Source: Takakia lepidozioides
Taxonomy: Eukaryota > Plantae > Bryophyta
DNA length: 64,000 bases
Assembly (NCBI GenBank): GCA_030704615.1
Contig: CM060731.1
Coordinates: 40,486,001-40,550,000, forward strand
Reading direction: 5' to 3'
Part shown: in pieces, positions 23,402 through 36,451 of the stretch
Numbering within the stretch: the stretch's first letter is position 1
Layout of the letters: every line of letters begins with the position of its first letter
Translations under genes and position numbers: made by a program
Notes under the pieces: model-generated
What the model was told of the DNA's origin: nothing
Databases searched by the model: none
The model's input: the letters and a program-made list of their open reading frames with translations, nothing else

Positions 23402-23849
23402 GACGACATCTATTTTCACTCTCCAATAGTACTACAACACCACGTTAGAAATACAAATATGTAAAAAATAGCAATACACCCCCAAAAAACCCCCATCATG
23501 ACACATGTCAATCTGCTGATGGACCACGTGTAAAAACTGCAAACGCGCCATGTGTTGCAACCGATTAGCACACCCGTAGTCATAGTTCGCAGTCATGGAG
23601 AGCTAAACACTCTGCCACGTGTCATTTTCCTGCATCGAGCACGTGCCCACTCTGCACAGCCGCTGACATGGACTACACTGTCCGTTCAGTCATTCAGTAA
23701 AGCCAGCGTGTATGACTACCCCCACAGCTGCTCTGGCGCCACGTGACGGCCAGCCTGGAGAGTCATATCTGCCATGTCACAACTGACTGAGTTCTTTACA
23801 TCTGCAGAGTCAGGAAGTCGTAAATGGCTTCCATGACTGCATTTGCAGT

Positions 23850-25430
23850 CATAACACAAGAGAACGTAAAAGCCGCCAATTTTGTTTAGTGATGAATCCC
23901 ATGCCTCCCCAGTCTCCTCCTTCAGGAACAGGAGGTGGACCATCCGGCCTTGGAGCCGGTACCACCTGAGCTGTGGCCATGGCACCGAGCCTCTGCTCTA
24001 GCTGCTGAAGCCGGTTGGCCATGCCTTGGTCACCACCCGACCTCCGGTCCTTGGCCATGTTGAGCTTGCCCTTGGCCCGTACCTCGTGCCTGACCACCTC
24101 ATCTTCTCTGGGCTGTTCCACCTCGCCCCCGGCCACCATTGTTCCCTTGGAACTGGCCTGGGCGCAACTCAGGATGCAAACCATGCACTGGGCTTCTCGA
24201 TGCCCTACTTGCCACAATGCCCGCACTGCAACTGTCAGGCCTGTGCTGTGCCGGCCCTTTGCCTCCCTCTGGGCAATCCTTATTGACATGGGGTCCTCGA
24301 CATGTCCAGCACACCCACATCCGCCCGTTGTTGGCCAGCAATGAAGGGAGAGACCCCTGCATCTGAGGTCCTCTTCGCCCTTCCCTGAGCTTCACCTGAG
24401 CCCCCTGTTGCCTTGAGCACGTTGAGGTAGTGGTTGGCTAGGAGCACCACTACCCGTGGTGTCTCCTTAGCAAATCCCACCATGACCACTCGTTCCTCCA
24501 CCATGTTGAGCGCTTCCCACTCTGCCAGCAAAAACAATTTGCTAAGGTGGGTGGGCGCTTGTAGGAGAGTTTGCATCCCGCACCCTTCTCCTCAGCTCCT
24601 TGTCCAATATCCCATACCAAAATTGGACTGCCTGAGCTTCCGTAACCCCTTGGTTACATTTATCAAGCGCCTCATGCGAGTGAAAGCCTCCCTCAAGCTC
24701 TCGGTCGGCTTCCGTTGGAACTCTTGCAAGCCCGCACTTCTCTGTCCTCACCCCTTGGTATTCCTTCTCAACTCCTCAAAGAACTCCACAACAGGGTTGA
24801 AGGCAGACACGGGTACTGGTGCTGGTGCGGTAGTGGCTTGGGTGGACGTCGTAGCTACGGTACCACCAGTCCTACTAGTCCCGCTGCTGCTTGCTGCTGA
24901 AGCTGCCGGTGCAGCGGCAGGTGTAGCCACTGCCCTCGTGGCTCTAGTGCCCCTAGTGATGGAGACATAGTCGGGTGACCAATACATCCTCCACTCCTCG
25001 ATCTCAAACCTCATGCCCCCGCTGAACTCATGTAATCATCCATAGGCGGCCCCTCAAGGTGCTGAACAACCCCTTCCAATGCCATGAAAGGCGTAAATAG
25101 TTGTGGATTGCGCATTTGCTGCAAATCACACCAACTATCAAACTCTTGGGATAAATCATCCAACTCGATGGTGCCCACCGCCCCAGAGTACCTTCGTGGC
25201 CCTTTGGTAGCTACATACATCCCCTCCATTGTGTCCCACAATAATGGCAAGGAAAACAACTTGCACCGCCGTATGAGTCCTCCTGATTCACAATCCGAAT
25301 CAGAACCTTCCGTAGAAGACACAAGAGGTGAAGGTGGCCTAAATCGCACACCTCGTCTCATGTACCCACTAGTATCGCTAGTGCTCGAACCGGCACTGTC
25401 CCCAACACTAGGGCATCTCCGTGTTGACAC
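23850..25430 (-). mobile_element. Degenerate retrotransposon gag with zinc knuckles; no pol visible
   Basis: Frameshifted pieces: ...ELDDLSQEFDSWCDLQQMRNP..., AFNPVVEFFEELRR, GVTEAQAVQFWYGILDKELRRRVRD, knuckle CWTCRGPHVNKDC and a second ...GHREAQC. Confidence 0.6.
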
Positions 25431-26089
25431 TCACCGGTCATGAACATGTCCCTAACCCCCTCTCCACAAGATAACCGGTAAAGAACCTGTTGCGGCTTAT
25501 GGTTTGGAATACTAAGTTCCTAACATAGCCTACACCTGTACCTGCATCCACCGCAAGCAATCCTATGTTGGCTGGCCTCACACCTCCAACCTCACCACAG
25601 GAACACAATGATGGTCTGGCTGTCATCACCCAGCCTCACCATCGACAGCATGCTCTAGGACTGGCCGGTGATAAAATCCGGTCCAATCCCCTATAAAAAC
25701 AAGCGCCCACACAAAACTAGCACGGCGCACAGTCAAGCATGCAGGTATGGAGGGGATCCACACACAAGGAATCAGAACGACAACTCCCCCCACCCAAAAA
25801 CAACTCCACGGTGTTGCTCCTGCAAGGACACCCCAAGCCCAAACACCCGGACTGACTCTTGCCTCCACCTACGGAATTCTTGGCTTAATGAGAGGGTGGA
25901 AACTACGAGGAAGAAAGCTACAGCAATCCTAACCCCAACATGCCCTCATCCCAACACTCTTCCTCTCCTCTCTTCCCTCACTTGCATGACCATGGGAATA
26001 TCATGAAGATACTCCTCAAACCGCCCTCCACGAGCTTCAAAATTCGGCCTTCAAGACCACATGCCAGTCCTTAGGCAGTCCACCAGTGC

Positions 26090-26680
26090 CTCCAAAAGTC
26101 AGTACAGGCCATCCACAGGTCAACAGGGGCCACCACAGACAGCACAGGCCCACTCAGATCACTGTCACAGCCGTCCACCACGGTCACAGCCACAAGCCCA
26201 CACAACAGCCCCACATAGGCCACAGCCCATCACAACCCCAAAGGCCACATGTCACAGCCTGTCAACAGCCCCATTCACAACCCCAAGGCACAGGCACAAG
26301 CCTGTCACAGCCCTACAAAGGTCACAGGGGTCACAGCCCCAAAAGCCACCCCCCTCACCGCCCGTCACACACAGCCCCACAAGCCACAGGGCACAGCCTG
26401 TCATAGCCCCTCCACAACAGCCGTCACAGCCCCATAGGCCACTGAGGCACAGCCTGTCACAGCCCACCACAACAACAGTCACAGCCACATTTCACACACC
26501 TGTCACAGCCCCTCACAGCCCCTCAAGCCCCACTGCACACTGGCACAGCCTGTCACAAGCCCTACCCCCACAGGTCACAGGGCACAGCTTGCACAGAACC
26601 ACCATAGCCTGTCACAAGCCCATCACAAGCCTTCACAGCCCGTCACAGCCCCACATGCCACTCATGACAGTTAGTCATTT
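26090..26680. repeat. Degenerate short tandem repeat based on (GT)CACAGCC
   Basis: Dozens of CACAG/CACAGCC/GTCACAGCC units; strongly C/A-skewed on the + strand. Confidence 0.85.
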
Positions 26681-27169
26681 CTCCAAGGGGTTTAGCCACG
26701 CCAACCGGTTTGGGTGTCTCTTGGACTCTAGGCTTCTTTGCACCGAGCTATGGCGGCTGTGAAATCAGCAAGGTATTCTTGCTCTTTCGGCTCCCACACA
26801 CCACCAATAGTAGCCGCTAAGCCATGAGGAAGATGGCTGCCACAAAACCAAGAGCCTTCTTTCTCACTTAGACTCCCCAAACACCCCACTAAATTCAATG
26901 GCAAACAACCAAGTTTAGTGAACTTGCTGCCACTAAACTGGCTGGTTTCCAGTCCTTGTGAGCACTCATTCAAGCATTTCCCTTGGCCATAGCATCTGTC
27001 TTAGAGCCTATTCCAGCCCCCTACACCTGCCACTTCAAGAGCCATGCTCTATCTAGGCTTGAGGTTGAAACCCCAACTCAGAACACGCTCTACAAGTGTC
27101 GGACTGTCACATAAGAGCAGATCAGCCCCATACCTTCTCTTCTAGTTCTTTAAAGCTTGAAAACAAAAG

Positions 27170-27540
27170 CCCAATGGACTGAAGGCATGCTCCACACATG
27201 CCCCACTCTCACCACCAGAAGAATCAGCCCCTTTGCTTTCTTTCTTGCACCCACCAACCTAAAAATACACGCTTCAGCGGGCTGGAGGCATGCTCCACAC
27301 ATGCCCTACAGGGAAACCAGCCCCTTCCTTCCTTTCTTGCACTCCCAAACCTGAAAGTACAAGCCTTCAACAGGCTGAAAGCATGCTCCACACATGCATT
27401 GCTCTCACATAAGAGAAGTCAACCCTTCCCTCTTCCTTGCTTGCCCTCCAAACTTGAAGATGGAAGCTTCAATGAGCTGAATACATGCTCCACACATGCA
27501 ACCTCTTCACACAAGAGGTATCAGCCCCCTATCTTGGCTC
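27170..27540. repeat. Diverged ~100-bp tandem repeat
   Basis: CATGCTCCACACATGC core recurs at ~27186, 27289, 27382 and 27485. Confidence 0.75.
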
Positions 27541-28489
27541 CTTAGCTCCTTGATGCTCTCTAAGACAAGACTAAGCACTCCACAGCCCTTGCCAAGCTCC
27601 TGAAACCCTAAGGCTTACATTTCCAACCACAAGACAATCCTCTTGTGGTGCAAGAGCTCTTCTTCCAAGCTCTGAAACCCTAGGTGCACATTCCATGGCC
27701 TTGCCGCACCTCTTAGCTCCTGTTCTAGCCCTGCTCTTGCCATGACAAGAGCCCTCTCAATGCTGAAGCTCGAGATTGAAACCCAATCTCAATATACTCC
27801 ACAAAGTGCACTGACTTGCCCCAAGCCAAATCAGCCCTTTCGCTTGGTCTTGCAATCCTGCAGCATGGTGCTTTCATCTTTGAAGCTGAAGATCGAATGC
27901 CAAGGTCTACCACCTCGTAACCCACATCGCCTCCGCTTCTAACAACGAAGAGCTCCACGGTGCTCCTTGCATAACAACCTGGTTTCTCTCATTCTCAAGC
28001 AAAAACCATAAGTGCTACAACTAACTCGTATCTGGCACTCACAGATACGAGCTCATCTTTCTCGAGTGATAAAGAAGAAGAATACAAGCACAAGCTCATG
28101 CGAGCTCACAAAGCTGAAGCATAAACTCATGCATATATAACCTCATCACTCAAATACAATTCAAGCCAAGTGCACCCCACGCCATGGGGAATCCACACTA
28201 CGGCGCCATAGCTAGGCGTGGTGAGGCTCAACTCGAGAAAGATGAGCCTCCCGCGCTTGCCGTAAAGATAACCACTCCAGGGCCTAAATCTGCCTTGATC
28301 CCTGGATTGACACTTGGGCCAATCCCAAATGTCAATATGTAAAAGTTAGCTATTTCCTAGCTAGTTTCACACTAGTGGTAAAATAACTTGACATCTACCA
28401 CCATTTGAGCAGTTGGTTGCTCAAGGCCTCGACCATCTTCAGGAGTCCATTTCCGAGTGCGTGCACCGTCATTCCTTTTCCGGCATGCT

Positions 28490-29430
28490 CTCAAGTGCTT
28501 CTTCTGAGTTGCATTGAGCCCGACTTCTATCATGCGCAGGACCCGGAGCAGGGGCATGGTTGACAGCACGACCCACTATAGCACATTTTTGCCTCTCATC
28601 CCCTATTTTCACTACTGCGCTCCGCCTTCGACTCGGTTTGCCTCATCCTTCGGCATTGGGCCTTCAGCGCTGCGTCTGTCTTCAGCCCATCGATGACCTT
28701 GCCATCCATCTCCTCCGCTGTCCATGTGGTGGTGAGCGCACTGCGTCTCATGATATGGTTCGCGATGTGGTGGCATCTATTGCTCGGGAGGCAGGGTATC
28801 ATGTACTGCGTGAGCAACCACATCTACGACCCACGCTCACGTCCCACTCTACACGCCGCCGTGTTGACATCGTCCTATTTAGAGATGGTTTGCGTACATT
28901 AGCAGATGTCGTTCTCGCCGACCCCACTCGAGCGGATGTGCTATCTCGCGCAGCTACTACACCAGGCACGGCAGCCACTGTAGCAGCCCAGGCTAATGAG
29001 CGCGACTCAACGATCGTCACCCCACCGACACATTTCTTCCACCGGCGGTCGAAATATTTGGCTCATTGCACCGGCATTTCGACGATTTCTTGCGGACATG
29101 TGCACATCATGCAGCCAAGAGCGGGTCCACTGGCATCCCACATGCCTCCGTCCTTGTCGCCTACTATCGACAACGTGTTTCAGTTGCTTTGCAGAGAGCA
29201 CAAGCCATCTCTATTTTGCATCGGGCTGATGTGGCTAGCTCCGCGTCATCTCGTCTTCCGCCTCTGCTTGACACTTTGCCTATCTCCTTGCCTGATCTCC
29301 TCCAGGCTGTTGGCTGGGAGGGTCGCTCTACTTGAGTAGTTTACTATAGCTTCTGTTTTCGTCGCTGGTTGAGTAGCTTACTATAGCTTTTGTTTTTTTC
29401 TCTAGCTGAGTAGCTTACTATAGTTTTTTG
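28490..29430 (+). mobile_element. 5'-truncated non-LTR retrotransposon with restriction-like endonuclease (CRE/R2-group type)
   Basis: ARLLSCAGPGAGAWLTARP...ALRLRLGLP, zinc finger CVC...HLLRC, GGERTASHDMVRD, RRVDIV...LADVVLADP, AVEIFG, RQRVSVALQRAQA; the 3' tail has 3 copies of TGAGTAG(T/C)TTACTATAG followed by a T-rich stretch. Confidence 0.8.
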
Positions 29431-30776
29431 TTTTCTTCTCTTGTTTCTTGTTCCTCCCCCCCCCCTTTTGGGAACTTCACATCATATGCTCACCCATTGT
29501 ATATGTTGTAAATAAAGTCTTACAGGGTTTCATCATGTTGTGCCTCCAATTATTCTCAGATCTATCAAACTCTGGGGACGCCGAAGAACTTGGCGCTGTC
29601 CCCTGCCAGCAAGAGGGAATTATGTCCGCCCAAACACATAGAGATCATCAGGGCTGCTACAAACGATCCCCATGCTTCCCCCACGTTGCTCGGAAGGCAA
29701 GGAGGAGGGCAGGCTGGCGCTCTGGTTTCCTAGCGACATAGGGATGCTTGTTGTTCTAACTTTGTTGAAGGAAATTTTGATTTACATATATATATATATT
29801 ATATATATATATTCCAATATAGCAGGAGCCGGAGGCTCTGAAATGCATTGAAAAGGCGAGGAAACATTTACCTCGCAAGGCCGTGGAGGCTTCCGAAAAG
29901 AGGGAACAAATCCACGGACGAGAAAGTTTTAGAAAAGCGGAGGTTAGAAAGAAGAGTATCAAGAGAGGAATAGGGCCCACCCCCGAAAGGGGGTCGTAGC
30001 CATGAGGCGAAGTGGCTCTCAGCAGGCTTCGGCCGGAGTCTTCTCTCTCTATATCAATAGAGGAGTGCACAGAAGGGAGACCCAAGGGGCTAGGCAAAGG
30101 TCAGAACCAAGCAGAGAATTACTATCGCGTGCATTTAAGAGATGTAAACTGCAACTGTGCCTTCAACTTGCTCTTCCCAATCTTCCTAGGCCTCCAATTT
30201 GATCACCGAGTCATTTGCATCAGCTGGGGAGGTCCTAGAGTTAATTGGGCTGCCGTTCCCTTGGGGGGGGGCTCAATATGCATATATTGAAGTATATGAA
30301 GAAATTTTGATGCCTTTATAACATGACTCTATAGCTATGACTTTTAAAGCACCGCCCAAGGTTATTTGATGAGAACTGCCAGTTATTTAAGGTTTTCGCA
30401 AGTAACCAAAACCATACCTTATATAATCTAGCCATAAAAAATTTAATAACCGCAACAACAACAACAACAACATAATTTAACTGTAGGTTATGAAAATAAT
30501 CAAATAATCGCCCAACACTGGAAACGATCATACCCCCACTAAATAAGAAACACCCCAAGAAGCCTGCCCTAGTGCAAATTTCAAAGGACACCACCTTGGT
30601 TATAAGCATGCCTGACCATTCAGGGAGGAATAATAAAAGTTGAGTTTGATTTCACAGAGATACAAAATGTTTTGGATCCGTGAAGCAGACCAGTCTCTAG
30701 TTCTGATAATGCATACCTACTTGCGTTAGATCTGTCCATGTTCACTCCCCAAACCTCCAGCGCCATTGTGACCCTG

Positions 30777-33700
30777 CTATGCTGTTGCTAGTTGCTGTGA
30801 GTTTGCTACCAATCGAGACGGTGGGGAGACCTCCCAGCTAGTCATAGAGCCATCCACAAAGTCGTAGTACCAACCATGAAGCGACAACTGACCATCCTTG
30901 AAGCGCTCCTCTAGCCATGGGAAGGTCAGCAAGTTCCCCAGCGACACATTGATTGATTCCTGCAGATAAGTGTTCCAGCTCAGACTTGACTTGAAAAGAC
31001 AAAGGAAAAAGACTCAAGCCAGGGAAGCTTCAACTAAATTCCCTCGAAGGATTGTTACTGCCTCTAGATCCATCATGGGTAGTGGTAAGCTTGTCTCGAA
31101 TGTTACCAGGCTGCCACCAGAGATTGCCGCTTTCATTCTAGACATTAGGCCCGGTGACACACACACACTAGCATACAACCACTTCGCATGGACACGGTCA
31201 TTTCCATCAAATCCCATAATCCCCAATAACTCAAGGAGATGTCTGATTCTCAAATGAGATGTCGTGATCAGTCCATGGGTCGAATGATGATGTTCAGAGA
31301 TGTTATACTTTAAATGTTTTAGTGGGGTTTAGTCACAATTGCTGGAAAGAAACAGAAGTTATCACCTCAACCATGTGATGTTGTAGGGAAGAGTAAATGG
31401 TGGCTTTTTATCCTCGACATCTCTCATGTTCTCTCCTCCTTTTAGTCAGCAATTCAGTTTGAAACTGGTCAAATATCCACCGTCTTCCATTGGAAAATGA
31501 CATGCACAATGGCTGTTAAGCTAATCCTCGTACACACACACACACACACACCTCTCTCTCTCTCCCCATGGACGACTAGCCCGGAAAAGCGGGGAGCCTG
31601 TAGTGGAAGCCTGTAGTTTTAAAAGTGATATGTCATAAGAAAAACCAGTAAACAATGGGGAAGACTTAAGGAAGCATCAAGAGCAAGAATTGAGCAAGGC
31701 AGGCAAAGGCAAGAATTGCATAAAATCATACATACTTGCTCACAGAAGCGGCATTGCTCTTTAAAAGTTTGGTCAGGGCACGCGTCTAGAGTGCGGGCCT
31801 TTGCTGGCAATGCAATCTTCATCCACCTACCTATGAAGTCACTGTCACAACCACAAAGCAGCACGCACAATGGATGGTTTACAAAATGCAACCGGCGAAA
31901 TGGTAGATGTAGGTTGATATAAGCCATGGCCAGAACAAGAGCCCCCTGAAAGGTCCAAGGTCACATCATCCCTCCTCTGACCTCTCTCTAGAAATTCTCC
32001 ACATGTACTAGACAGTAATTTGAGAAATCGGATCATGTTAAACCGCCCAAAACAAGCAAATCTATAGAGACAAAGAATGGTCATTTGAGAAGAAAACGGA
32101 TAACACTGAACTGTAAACGAAGAAACACCCAACAGACACCCAACACCCAGTAAGAATATCGGGGTGACAGAAGGCACCTGCTAAAGTCAGACCTCTGCAT
32201 AAGGGCTTTTACACCTCCACAACTGCTGTGTCCAAGTACAATTATATGCTCCACCTATCGACATCAATCCATATCCATGCTTGTTAAACCACCATTCTGG
32301 ATAAAATATGCCTCAAGTGACATTCAGAAGTGTCTGATGACGCTTTGATCCTAATAATTTAAGCGTAATTCATCCCAACCCAGATTAGAACACTCTCAGA
32401 GCACTTATACAGACCTGAAGACCTGTGACAGCAAATTCGAGAGCAGCACTTGTTCCGTGGTATACTCCCTGCATGACAGAGAGCCCAGACATCCGTGCCT
32501 TTCAATTATTCTGCAGCCGGAGGGCAACCAAGATGTGCCTATTTAATATGTTAAGTAGGGAGGTGAAATCCATGCTACACATTACACTGTTATTGTCCAT
32601 CCTCTAAGAACATACACATACACCACAACTTTATGAAACTTTAGAGAGGGGACATGTACACAGACCTCTTTCTCCTGAGGGGGAACCAGGTTTGCAACAT
32701 TGCGCAATGTGAAAACCTCACCAGGTTCCAGTCCCATTAGCAATGTGGGGCAAACCCGAGAATCACAGCACGCGATGACCATCACCTACATCACATCCGA
32801 CCTACAAGTTAGTCTCTTTTTGCTGCCTCCATGCTTGAATGCAGCTTGATTAGCTTGTTGGTAGGACTCGAAGTCCACCACGATAATTGTCATCAACATC
32901 TATGGATACTACATCCACCAAGTATCCAACAGATGGCCTAATGGTTAGGACACAAGGCCGCATTACAAGTGGTAGTGGTTTGCATGTTGGATGTCACAGC
33001 CATAGAAAGGGGGAATCGGGGTCAACCAAGCACTTAATGTGTGGCTACCTAGCGACCAAGAGTTGGGCGACTGCGTTGCCCCGAAATCTTGCGACTTGAA
33101 AGGTGTCCACCACTTGCGATTATGTAAGTTCGATCTTTCCGTTTGAATCATAAGCTGTATCAAGGTCACCTCAAGGGCTGCTCATTGAACATTAACTTCA
33201 GGCCATTTGGGACCACCAACATCCGGACTCAAGAGTATGAGATACAGATCTGGTGTGACGAAAATGTAAGCTACTCGTACAAAGTAATTCGAAAGATAAA
33301 CAAAGCGATATGACTCGTCATTGCCGTGCAACAACAGAGTTCATGCACTCCTATATCAATCGGAAGAGAAATACCTTCGGCTGTTGGGAGGCTGCCAGCT
33401 TTGAAAACAGCTCCGTCTCCTTGCTGATCGTATCACGCCGCATCATGAGAACACATGCAACGTAGTCGTAAGGAAATGATCCCCGTGCTCACCTACTGTT
33501 CAGCTTTTTTGTTTCTAGCTGTTCGTCCAAGGAATTCTGATTGTACGCTGGCAACTAGTTCCCTATTTCGTTTGGCGTCCCCCGATTGAATGCTGTGGAG
33601 ATTAAGAAAATTTGCTGACTGGTAGGAAGTGAGTCCCGAAGGAACGGAGACAGAGTGCATCCAATCAATTACTTGACGACACTAAAATGTAAACTTGTGC

Positions 33701-34225
33701 TGCAACTTAAGTTCAGAATGTACACAAAACCAGGGAGAACCAGAGTCGAGGAATTTCCGGCAACCACTTTCACGATGTTCAAGGAACATATACCCACTTG
33801 AATTTCTCCTCCTTGAAGTGGACGAACCCTTGCTTGAGTCGATGGAGGACAGGAGATTCCGATGGACCCGGCTCTGGCAAAGAGTGGTTTCCATCGATTA
33901 CTACCGGGTCTGTCAGTTCGTATGCTCCCAACGTTTGCTGCTTGCTAGTCACTCCATCACCTCCAACTGCCGCTGCTGCAAGACTCGATCCAACGATCCG
34001 ATCACCCTTCATAGCCAAATTTAATCTCGTGACACGAGCACTTTTCGATATGCATCTATACCTGCCTGGTCTGTATGCACTCTGATCTGAGGTGCACCAT
34101 GGTGAACTACTTACCGGACCCACAGATCGAAATGTAAGAGGTCCACAACAAGAATTCAGATCCCTACGAATAGTAGAACGGGGAAGGAAAGAGGAGTATG
34201 CTCGGGAGACCTCCAATTGGAACAT
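30777..34225 (-). CDS. BCA: Beta-carbonic anhydrase with a long Ser/Arg-rich N-terminal extension (likely plastid transit peptide); 7 exons
   Basis: Phase-consistent GT-AG exons 34225-33798, 33423-33375, 32785-32666, 32468-32415, 32254-32178, 31841-31736, 30959-30777. Zinc ligands in IACCDSRV and GHSSCGG; RNVANLVPP; SAALEFAV; NLLTFPW; LHGWYYDF. Confidence 0.93.
31532..31564. repeat. Compound (CA)n(CT)n microsatellite in a carbonic anhydrase intron
   Basis: Directly visible. Confidence 0.9.
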
Positions 34226-36070
34226 TGTTCCACTTCGATCTCACTGGCCCCCTCTTCTCACAAGTACCTCAGGGAGTTTGCTGAAAGTGGAAAGGGAGAG
34301 AGAAAACTTGTAGTCCTCCTGCAGATAAGATAAAAAGATAAAGTTTCTCTAACGTCCACTGAATTTACTGCTCAACACACAGAGTGGGATTGGTGAGACC
34401 CACCTTGAATATGGGACCGTGCACTTATGCATGAGACCTTTCAGTCATGTGTTTGACTGCAAGCTCAAAAAAGTTTGAAATAAATGTACCCCTCTATACT
34501 TTGCAAGAGCTGCCACTGCCCTCTTTATTTGTCTTTCTGTTCTTGGGTATCTGCTAGCTAGGACCTTTGTCTGGCATCCTTCTAGGACACGTGGCACCCA
34601 TCCAGGCAGAGGTGGTTGGCTATGGGTTAGTCCGCCACATAGGTACATGTGCCAGTTTTTCTCATATTTTACATCCACATGGTTTTGTTTTGTTATTTTT
34701 GTTATTTTAAGGGGTTATATATAGATATATATATTGGAAGGGACCACCCGGTCCTCACAAATCAGGCCCCTTCAATATAGTTGTTGTGTGGATATGTTGT
34801 TTCAAACATATCCACCATATAAGAAAATTTATTTTGTCCCACCCTCCAGGTATACTGTATTTTCCAAATTTATGTTTATCCCCTGGGTAAGGGTATATTA
34901 CAGTGTTGTGCGGGTAGTGTCTTTTTAAGGATCCCCTGGGGTTCGGGTTCAGGTTTTCTTTTGGAACCAAGTTCGGGTCCGGATCCAGGGTTTTGAAATT
35001 TGAAAAATCTTCAGGTCCGGGTTTTTCAACACGGACTCGGGTCCGGGTAGTTGCTGGGAAATATTAGCAAGTCCACAGGTTCGAATCCAGGTCCTAAGTA
35101 GTTGATTAAATAATTTTAATTCAGGATAAAAAAAAATTGGCTGGAAAAAAATTCCTAATAATGAATTTTACTTTAAGACACATTCCTTCAAAATATACCA
35201 TGAATATATATTCTTCATTTAGCACAAGAATTGAACTAGAATTTGAGTTCCATTCTTCAATATCAATTCTTAAACATGTTAAGAATAGTCACATCGGCAT
35301 AGGCTACCCTAGAGGTCGCACTTGGGCCTCGACATAGGAGACACACTTGGATACATAGGAGATTGCGCTTGGGCTTAGACGACACTTGGGCCAACGGCAC
35401 AGGCTACCCTAGTGTGGCCAGGGGACAAGTAATAGGCACCACTGTAGCAGCAAGCCCCACCAAGTTCTAGCCAAGTAGTAATGGCCACATACCACTTCAA
35501 AAGTGGTTGTGTCTCAAACATTTGTAAGTTAGAGTGCGAGTATGTCATATTTGTTTGTCCATTTGTACCCTAAACCCTTACCCTTACCGTAAAACCCATT
35601 GTACTACCCTAGTTACACCCCCAAACCTTATTGTACTACCATGTTACCTCTATCCAATGTTTCATGTTCTTTTAATATTTTCTTTTATTGGATAAGGTAC
35701 GATAGAGTGGTTATAGGGAAATAAATTCTATATACGTTTATTAGTTCTGGCGAGTGCAAGTCTTCCATATTTATTTGTCCATTTGTACCCTAAACCCAAA
35801 CCCTAAACCCTTACTCCTGCCGTAAATCCAAAACCTTATTGTATAGTTGATTGTGTAATATCATTCGACTTTGAAGTGGACGTTCAATGAATTGTTGAGT
35901 ACTGCAACTCCAGAAGCAGTAGTTCAATGTCAATTGGAGATCTTATATGAGACATTTTGAAATAGCAAGTATGACATCATCTGCAAATTCACAAAGTTCA
36001 TTGAAACATTACACCATAATATTATTAATATTTGAATTAATATTAATTCAATAATATATTAAGTTTGGTA

Positions 36071-36451
36071 AGCCTTATGGCAGCCTACGGGCATCAAGGG
36101 TTTTAATTATTTTCCCTTCAATAATTCGAATAAATTAACCAGGGCCACTGCCTCTGTACCTTAAACAAAAAAATAAAAAAAATTGGGCCGGATTTAAACC
36201 AAAAATCTGGAATTAGTTAAAATTGGGTTTCTACTTACCCTAAACCTTAGAACCTTATTCAATTGTACTAAATATGTTATACTTAGTTATACTTTATTTT
36301 CAGCTTTAGGTTATACTAACACATTGATTCACTACCTTTTTTATTTTTATTTTGATGAATAGGGGACGGCGGCCCTGGTAGGAACTTTATTAGAATTATT
36401 GAAGGGAAAAAAAATTAAAACGCTTTGATGCCCGAAAGCTGCCATAAGGCT
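36071..36451. mobile_element. MITE of ~380 bp with ~85-bp imperfect terminal inverted repeats flanked by TA
   Basis: Left AGCCTTATGGCAGCCTACGGGCATCAAGGG...CCCTTCAATAATTC...CCAGGGCC matches the reverse complement of right GGCCCTGG...GAATTATTGAAGGG...TTGATGCCCGAAAGCTGCCATAAGGCT; TA on both sides; AT-rich interior. Confidence 0.8.

Noticed and set aside
22798-23464. Poly-X ORFs
   Set aside because: Artefacts of the N gap.
26061-26762. 233-aa Pro/Thr/His/Gln-rich ORF
   Set aside because: Translation of the CACAGCC repeat.
29480-30310. Possible solo LTR or small LTR element with (TA)n and G-tract
   Set aside because: No matching termini, PBS or TSD could be established.
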